Below, piece after piece: positions 1 through 6,438 of a stretch of DNA of 6,438 nucleotides. The stretch covers positions 1 through 6,438 of the forward strand of contig JAAOMT010000064.1 of NCBI GenBank assembly GCA_016748015.1, given 5' to 3'. The notes under the pieces are model-generated. The model worked only from the letters and a program-made list of their open reading frames with translations. It did not search any database and was not told where the DNA came from. Origin of the DNA: Geosiphon pyriformis uo1 (lineage: Eukaryota > Fungi > Glomeromycota). The number at the start of each line of letters is the position of its first letter. The first letter of the stretch is position 1. Made by a program: the position numbers and the translations under genes.

Positions 1-60
1 CCCCCCCCCCCCCCCCCCCCCAATTCGGGCTAGGAGCCCCCAAACCCCCCCCCCCCACCC
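1..60 (+). repeat. Poly-C / C-rich low-complexity tract
   Basis: C21 at 1-21 and C12 at 45-56. Confidence 0.95.
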
Positions 61-559
61 GGACTTGGGCCCACACGTAGGCGGGGCCCCCCCATAGCCC
101 CAGCTACGGAGGCCTTGGACCCGCAGCAGGCTTTTGGCCACACCCCCCTTAATAGGGACATCCTTGTCCCCCCAAGGGATCATTGATCAGACATTTAGCC
201 ATCTGGGTCCTCCGTCCCCAAAGTACAGGGGGTCATAGAGCACTTTACAAGGGAGGTTGTGCCCGGCCCGTCTGTTACTGCCAATATCCTTTCTCATGTG
301 ATCAACCTGCCTGGAGGGCCCCCCCCTGCTATACCTGAGTAGGGTAGCTATGGCTCCAAAGCCCCCCTGCATGAGGCAGGCCTGTTTTGGCCAAGGAGGG
401 GAGCTCGCCCCCCCCCAACCACTGGGTATACAAGCAAAGCCCCCGAGGGCATGTAAATTACCTACTAGAGTAATTATAGCTAGTAAAACTGCGTCTCATG
501 TATATATTTAGACCTCTTTGGCCATATGCCAGATAGTACTACTTGAGCTATATAGGACT

Positions 560-721
560 AGGATGTTTATCTACATGACAGTCAGTAGGCGTACTGGCTA
601 TAGCTATACCACTACTACATAGAGTACAGTACTTATGACTCTTCTCCATCTCTGTATATGCCAGCTAGGTATGCAGGGCGGTTTGACTAGTGTTGGTATA
701 GGTCATGGCTCTAAACCTACT
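560..721 (-). pseudogene. C-terminal cysteine-rich (CCHC-type) zinc-finger remnant of LINE ORF2
   Basis: One frame reads SRFRAMT (721 onward)...EKSHKYCTLCSSG (CTLC 628-617)...DCHVDKH. This matches the RFRxG...RxCxLC...H pattern that follows RT in many LINE clades. The last Cys is not recoverable in frame. Confidence 0.6.
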
Positions 722-2039
722 AGGATCTATGGTACAACCTATAAATAGGATATAAGACTGGGACTGGTACTTGGGTAGTACAGGATAGCTAAGGGATCGG
801 AGGCGGATATACCCGTTGAGACTCTAACTATAGCCTGTCCTAATTAGGATCTTAGTACTAATGGTAGCTGAAATTCTGAGGGTATCTTAAACTCAGTGAA
901 CATGTTGTTGGTACGTTGTACTAGTTGTCCATCCCCTATCTATCCCTTACAATGTACTGTGTAGTTTATCAATTGTCCTCCAGATAGGCTATTATTAGTA
1001 GCAGTCATAAGGAGTATGGTAGGGAAGTATGAGTAAAATACTGTTGGTAGAGTACTGGTATGTGGAGGATAGGATGAGCTATCCACAATAAAGGTTGTAC
1101 TACTAGGACCGGTACTGGCAGATCCTTACCAGTCTAGGAGAAGTTTACAGTATTAGCTAGTAATTGGTGGTTTATAGTTAGGGACTTACAGTGGATGGAG
1201 TGTAGAGCCATCCTTGTGATATCCTAGTGGTTTAAGGCCACACTTTGTCATCTTCTAACTAGTACCTTAGCTTTGAGGTTTAACTGCAAGTGGAGTACTT
1301 AGCTTGGCATTTGACCTGGACCTCTAATATTGTATCAGTACTTATACCTTTAGGGCGCATATACAGGGAGTTAGTCTAATGTCAAGACAGGGGGACAGTT
1401 GAAGGATGCTTACATAAATACTGGATAGTTATTAGCTTAGGGGTAGTATCCTAATATGGTTTACTCTTAGTGGTTTTGAGGGTACCCCCACCCCCCTAAT
1501 ACAAGAACAAGGTCTATTGGGATCAAGCCATCATTGGGTATAAGGTTAAGTCATGTGTAAATAGGGTAAATGGGGGAGATAGGTATGCCATATAAGTTCA
1601 AATCGGGAGTCAGAGGTAGTACTCGATGGGTAGGTATACGAGGTAGTACTTAATAGGAGGAGGCACAAGTTCTCCTCAATAGTGATAAGGTCCTCCGTCA
1701 GTAGATGCTCTCTATTTAGAATGCAAGTACTCTAGAGGGTAAGGGATGGGTAGGTACAGCAAAATGGGATCTAGTCATGTCCTGCTCAGTGGCCCCAATC
1801 CTGATAAATAGGGGGTAATGCCATATGCAAGCTGAGTACTACCATATGGGTTATGGGTCGGCTGCCATCCAAGCCAACAAATAGTTGAGAGGCAGGAGGC
1901 CCCCGTCATGGTATGAGCCATAAAATAAGGATTGGCCTCTATTGCCAGATCAGGTGTTCGATATAGTAGCCATCAAGGCCCATTTAGGGCCATCACAAGG
2001 TAAGTGGGTTCAGGACCTCTAATATAGGAACTGCGAATT

Positions 2040-3420
2040 CTATAAGCACCCAAGTACAAGTTTACATAGGTAGGAGGGCACTTCAAGCCTTGAGTACAGT
2101 CGTATTTCATGAGCAAGCCTCCCTGTTATAGAGTCAGCTCGCTTCGTGATCTCTAAGTAGTGAAAGTGATCGATATCCCATCCAGTAGATGATGGAGGAT
2201 TACTATTAAAGTCTAAGTATTGGTAGGCCCTTTGGAGTACAGTATTTGTCCCTAGCAAGTCAAGTAGAGTTAATCATGCACAAAAGTCCCTTATAGGTGT
2301 TGGGAAGGATACAACAAGACAAGTCAAGTTACAGTTTATGGGATCCATCTAGTAGGGAGTCCATGAGTACTAGCGAATAGGGATGGTTTCAGTCGCTAAG
2401 GGGTAATTGTATCCTACAGGTTCCTATTGCAATTACAGTCCTGTAGGGGGGACTCTACAGGTGGGACGCCTCAGCATATTTCGCTGTACAATTTAGGTAG
2501 GATCCCAATATACTGACTGCCAAATCCTATAAGGAGATCCACCAGAGTATACCAAATCAAGGTAGATCATCATTGTATGCCCCGTTATAAAGGACAAGTG
2601 AGGAGTACTCAAGTAGTATATACTAGTAGTCAGAAATTGCAGTACTCAGGAGGCCGTCTCAGTAAGAGTCAGTAATAATAGGTATTGGGGACAAATATTG
2701 GGTATCTGAGGTTTGAGGTCTGCAGGGATGATTTGCTCCTATGAGCCCAGAGGTACTTCAATTATGAGTATAAGGGGATAGGGGATAGGTAGAATAGGCT
2801 CCTGAGTAGCCCCCCATAAGAGGTAAAGGATCCCAACGGTAGGGCCCCTACATATAGTTGTGCGAATATAGTGTTGTACAGGGAGGTCACGCAGTATTTA
2901 TCATAATCATAAACCAGGGTATCTGAGATGGTAGATACCAGGGTTGTCAGGATGTTGACAGACAGTATTTTCCAACCATCTTCCATATAGACACATTACA
3001 GTAGTACAAATGCCACATGTATGGCAACCAGTTCAGTATGGATCCCCATTTAGAGTACAAGTGGTATACAGCGATCCAACGAGTGTTAAATGCCATAGTT
3101 ATAGGGGACAAGTACAAAGTCCTACTAGATCTGAGCAACAAGTATATATAGGGCTCTGTGAGGACTTGCATTCCTTATCAAATCTGTACTCAACCCCCCC
3201 ACCACCCGATAGCGAGTTACTGCTTCAATAATAAAGTCAGGAATGGTATTGAGGCCCCTTTTTTAGGAGTTCCCATTAGGGTATCATCCTCAGGCGGTCC
3301 TGTCAGGGCCAAGTACTAGGAAGTACAGCAGTAATGAGTAGGCCATAAAAGTCCAGGCCGGATTCTCGCACTCCTAATGCAAGTCAGTAATGGCCCCTCC
3401 TGCAGCAAGGACTTGTAATT
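2040..3420 (-). pseudogene. Non-LTR reverse transcriptase domain remnant
   Basis: One frame carries LLLYFLVLGP, KRG (3262-3254), YRVVGGLST (3211-3185; cf. YRPIxLLS), PYNYG (3106-3092; cf. QxGF) and VTSLYNTIFAQLYVG...FTSYGGLLRS...LSP (SLY 2884-2876, GGLLRS 2815-2798, LSP 2788-2780; cf. SLY...GVxQGxxLSP). After a frameshift come AYNDDL (2580-2563; YxDD) and YLNCTAKYAEASHL*SPPYRTVI (RTVI 2442-2431; cf. YA...L..N..KT). A YKYLG-like motif may be YKGL (2295) or YQYL (2225). Motif A (DxxKAFD) is not cleanly recognisable. Confidence 0.8.
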
Positions 3421-4490
3421 ATCCTATCACATAAGCATTGGTATTACTGCATATTATTTTGAGCACAAGAGTCTAGATAGGTAATGCATCCGAGTACTGC
3501 AAGTACAAGCATATCTTATCAATAGGTGTATCAGAGGGACCAATGCCCTATAGCACTAGTACTTATAGTATTTGCATTGCAAGTCCTTGGTCTTAAAACT
3601 GGGTACAAGTTGAGGTATGCCGTTTCAGTTTCAGTGCCAGGATATTGGAATTTGACCTTACACCTTAGTACTCAGTCTCGCGAGTGGTATGGTATGGATA
3701 CTTCTATGGTACAATGCCAAGGTTTTGGAGTGTGTTGTGAGGATACTTACAAGTACCAGTATTGGTCCCAATCATAAAGAGGGAGTAATCAGTAGTTGGA
3801 TCTTGATTTATCAGTAGGGATAGTCCCGTCTTCAACCATACATAGGGTATTATACCGTACAGGTGTTAGTCGTATAGGTATATATGATGCCTAGTAAAAT
3901 TATAAGGTATTACCTCCTTACTCCATTGTAGGAACATTACCCAATAGTAGTAGTTATGAGTACCCATTTGGTAGAAAGTAGTCCACTCAGGTAGAGGGAT
4001 CCCGGGTATTTAGGAGTTCCGGTAGAGGGTAGGATTTTATGGAGAGGACCAGATAGGTATATGAGTACCCATCCTGGGTATCCTTTGAGTTAACAGGGGT
4101 TGTAGAAGATATATAGGTATTGGCCAGTTACCCAGTATATTGGAGTATCATATAGATAGGGATATAGAAATGGATCAGTAAGTGCCATAATGGCCCGACG
4201 TCCAGGGGACTCCAATGGTCTTTGGCCTTGAGTAGTACAAGTACTTTGAAGTCTTGAGCTTTGATGATCTCGCATTGGTAGCTTTACATATGCTATGGTT
4301 TCCCTAATTGTGATGGCCCCAAGTAAGGTCCTTTAAATACGCACAAGTTGAAAGTTGATGACTGGATCTGGATCCACGCCATTTAGGACTTCAAGTCTAA
4401 CATAGCCTGAGGACAAGGGATTGGCCCCCCAGTACTGGCTCTTTAGCGACTGAGGCCGAGCCCTTATTACTAGACAATAAGTCTTACTTG

Positions 4491-4545
4491 CCCCCCCCCC
4501 TCACACATCCCTACCCATATCACATCCCCATCCACCCCACTCCCC
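4491..4545 (+). repeat. C10 plus C/A-rich low-complexity tract at left gap edge
   Basis: C10 at 4491-4500, followed by tcacacatccctacccatatcacatccccatccaccccactcccc, which contains no G. Confidence 0.9.
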
Positions 4546-4806
4546 NNNNNNNNNNNNNNNNNNNNNNNNNNNNNNNNNNNNNNNNNNNNNNNNNNNNNNN
4601 NNNNNNNNNNNNNNNNNNNNNNNNNNNNNNNNNNNNNNNNNNNNNNNNNNNNNNNNNNNNNNNNNNNNNNNNNNNNNNNNNNNNNNNNNNNNNNNNNNNN
4701 NNNNNNNNNNNNNNNNNNNNNNNNNNNNNNNNNNNNNNNNNNNNNNNNNNNNNNNNNNNNNNNNNNNNNNNNNNNNNNNNNNNNNNNNNNNNNNNNNNNN
4801 NNNNNN
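4546..4806. other. Assembly gap (261 N)
   Basis: Uninterrupted run of n, directly visible. Confidence 0.99.
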
Positions 4807-4807
4807 C

Positions 4808-4838
<31 letters not shown>

Positions 4839-4860
4839 CCCCCCACACCACCCCACCACT
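4807..4860 (+). repeat. Poly-C plus C/A-rich tract at right gap edge
   Basis: C30 at 4807-4836, followed by aaccccccacaccaccccaccact. Confidence 0.95.
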
Positions 4861-4989
4861 ACTAGTTGTATACTTGATTTTCTTACCTTTGATTGGTTTG
4901 GTGGTTGTTGTAAATCCTTGTTGAGCTGCTTTTAGTACTTGATAGCTTGGATATGGGATTGAGATGAGTACTTGTTGTTGGGGACCTTA

Positions 4990-5850
4990 GTCAAGTCTAT
5001 TTTAGGGATATGGTTTTGGTATTAAAGAGTACAGCTAAAACTCCTGTTTGGGTATTGTACCCTTAAACATTCCCTTACCTAGTGCTAGACTACTCAAGTA
5101 TTGGGATCCCTAAAATACTTGGCTATTTAAGGGGGTACCAAGAGTCATTGGTTATTAGGGCTACCTTGATGCCTTAAGAGTTTGGATGATGGTAAGTTGT
5201 CTATGGGATTATTTGCTCTTTGGATACCAGAGTTGGGTACGTTGGTATGGGACTATCAGTACCATATACCAGGCGTAGGGACCCATGTTATTGGTATTGC
5301 TAGAGGATGGATTGGGTGGGAGCTACTCTTGCATATACTACGTAATAGGGATAGTAGGGCTACCTTTACAAGGGTCTACGGTTGGTATGGGTGGTTTGGT
5401 TTATCCTGTTGGATTTAGCCTTTTTGCTTTTACTACCTTTATTGGGATCCCTAGACAGCGTAGACCTTTGAGATAAGCCTCTACTTGGGTATCAACCTGG
5501 GGACCCTTTGTTTGGATACTCAATACGGCGACTACTTTGTTGTGTACGGTACGGAATTTGTATTTGGAGGATATATCTAGAGTAGTAAGCAAACCCCCCA
5601 TGAGGAGTTGATTCCTAGGGGGGAGAGCCCTTCTACTAATACAGGCCCCCCAGGTCTAGTGGTACCCTGGTTCTGTTCAATATGCCTTGTTTGTAGTAGG
5701 ATAGTTTTGGTCTTTCGGGCTTTGGGTAATTGGGACTTGGACTATAGTGTTGAGGGTGGGTTGGTTGGGATTTGTATGTATCCACAAGCCCCAAGATATC
5801 TGTAAATTATTGCACTATTGGTACTTACTGGTTGGGGATACCCTCAGGTT
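4990..5850 (-). pseudogene. APE (exonuclease-endonuclease-phosphatase fold) endonuclease domain remnant
   Basis: Motifs in order: NLRV (5850-5839), NTIVQ (5751-5737; cf. DIIxLQE), PGY (5670-5662), RR...GGLLT (5634; GGLL 5598-5587; cf. R...GGVAI), VEAYL (5484-5470; cf. VYxP), YARVA (5335-5321, shifted frame; cf. NARVG), NTNNMG (5298-5281; cf. NxNG) and NHIP (5015-5004, shifted frame; cf. SDHxP, GAC->AAC is one G->A). The ~285-codon span fits an APE domain. Individual motifs are weak. Confidence 0.55.
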
Positions 5851-6309
5851 GATGATTGGATCTTGTACAATGAGTTTGGTAGACTAGTTGGTTGTAAGTA
5901 GTAGTTTGGTTGAGATTGGGTGGGTCCTTTGGGAACCGCTCATAAGGGATCCACTTACTATTGTTGAGGTGTGGTTGTGGTGGGTTACCCCCCCCCTCAG
6001 ACTATTCTAATCGGGGATTGTATTGGATTGGGGAGGTTTGGGGTTGGTTGGGGCCGGGTAGATTTAGAATAGTATGTATGTAGAAAATGGTACAAGCAGT
6101 CTGGTACTTGTATACCTGAGGATTGGTGGTTTTATATGGCCCATTAGGGTAGGGATGGGGTTGTGGCAGTTTAGAATTAGGTACTCCCTGTAGAGGTATG
6201 GGTAGTTTGTTTGGGTATAGGTAGGGTAAGATTTGGTACTGCGGTCTGTTGGCTTTGCTTTGGGTATAATTGGTACTTTGTATGGGTCCTGTTTGTTTGT
6301 ATACTTCAA
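5851..6309 (-). pseudogene. Relic reading frame upstream of and in frame with the APE remnant (N-terminal extension or end of ORF1)
   Basis: Track ORFs 6064..6309 and 5401..5601 share a frame, with only 3 stops between 6309 and 5851. The translation is P/T/N/K-rich and has no recognisable domain. The A/C-rich strand composition could itself lower the stop density. Confidence 0.3.
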
Positions 6310-6360
6310 ATACTAAATACTTTGTTTAATCTGTTTTTAATACTAAGGGTATCGAGAGAC

Positions 6361-6438
6361 AGCCTATCCCCACACCACAACATCTCCCACACAAGGACTT
6401 GCCAATACGGGGACTTCCTGCTTGCTTACCACCCCCCC
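6361..6438 (+). repeat. C/A-rich low-complexity end with terminal C7
   Basis: ccccacaccacaacatctcccacac, and C7 at 6432-6438. The skew is opposite to the adjacent G/T-rich segment. Confidence 0.6.

Larger units (their letters stand above)
500..5850 (-). mobile_element. Degenerate non-LTR (LINE-type, APE-RT-Zn finger) retrotransposon relic; possibly two co-oriented relics joined across the N gap
   Basis: Minus-strand translation gives APE-like, RT-like and CxxC motifs in the canonical ORF2 order, broken by many stops and several frameshifts. Boundaries are approximate. No LTRs, TIRs, TSD or poly(A) tail were found. Confidence 0.75.

Noticed and set aside
187-372. 61-aa minus-strand ORF
   Set aside because: No recognisable motif, and it lies in GC-rich low-complexity DNA where stops are rare by chance.
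825-843. taactatagcctgtcctaa resembles the LSU rRNA I-CeuI site
   Set aside because: It has mismatches plus an indel and no surrounding rRNA sequence.
4210-4380. Alternative APE start: SSTFNLC...EIIKAQDFKVLVLLKAK on the minus strand
   Set aside because: It resembles TxN...DIIxLQE, but no convincing GDFN or SDH follows and there is little room before RT. The 5850-4990 motif series is more complete. Not fully excluded if the two sides are separate elements.
2389-4453. 11-nt inverted match ttagcgactga (2389-2399 versus 4443-4453) as a TIR
   Set aside because: Expected by chance in 6 kb, and one copy lies inside the RT domain.
4470-4865. Four poly-Gly/poly-Pro ORFs
   Set aside because: Artefacts of translating through the N gap and C-runs.
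5140-5180. Minus-strand ctcttaagg...aaggtagcc...taaccaatgactctt resembles pieces of the 28S rDNA R2 target site
   Set aside because: The matches are short, interrupted and permuted, with no flanking rRNA similarity, and lie inside the APE remnant. Likely chance.
5340-5540. ORF1/Gag RRM-like reading of AYLKGLRCLGIPIKVVKAKRLNP
   Set aside because: No intact CCHC knuckle follows, and the flanking motifs fit an APE domain better.
3010-5805. Plus-strand ORFs 3010-3231, 3526-3777, 5182-5418, 5285-5476 and 5608-5805
   Set aside because: Short, motif-free and antisense to the relic ORF2.
5989-6000. In-frame LRGG (ubiquitin-like cleavage motif)
   Set aside because: It is generated by the G9 run, and no ubiquitin fold precedes it.
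4482-6430. GTAAG splice-donor-like motifs just after G-runs on the minus strand (4487-4483 and 6429-6425)
   Set aside because: Five-nt matches are common, and there is no exon or acceptor evidence.
1-6438. Telomeric repeats, LTRs or a CRISPR array suggested by the C-rich ends and recurring agtact motifs
   Set aside because: No regular repeat unit, no long terminal identity and no constant repeat-spacer period. The recurring motifs are better explained by mutational convergence.

Overview
This looks like eukaryotic repeat DNA. No intact gene, RNA gene or CRISPR array can be supported. Manual translation of the minus strand through stops and frameshifts shows a heavily degenerated non-LTR (LINE-type) retrotransposon ORF2. 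It has APE-endonuclease-like motifs at ~5850-4990, reverse-transcriptase motifs in canonical order at ~3400-2200 (including AYNDDL at 2580-2563), and a C-terminal RFR...CxxC zinc-finger remnant at ~721-617. A 261-N assembly gap (4546-4806) separates the endonuclease and RT parts, so they may be one unusually long element or two co-oriented relics. Both window ends and both gap edges are C-runs on the + strand. The strongest signal is mutational: CpG loss, TpA/GTAC excess and GGATCC excess with CC/GG runs retained, suggesting strand-symmetric, context-dependent C->T hypermutation (RIP-like or methylation-driven). The short ORFs in the supplied track are relic fragments, antisense shadows or gap artefacts. 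I cannot establish a new biological system from the sequence alone. The mutational signature and the element's oversized architecture are the best leads. All counts were made by eye and all domain calls are motif recognition, not database searches.
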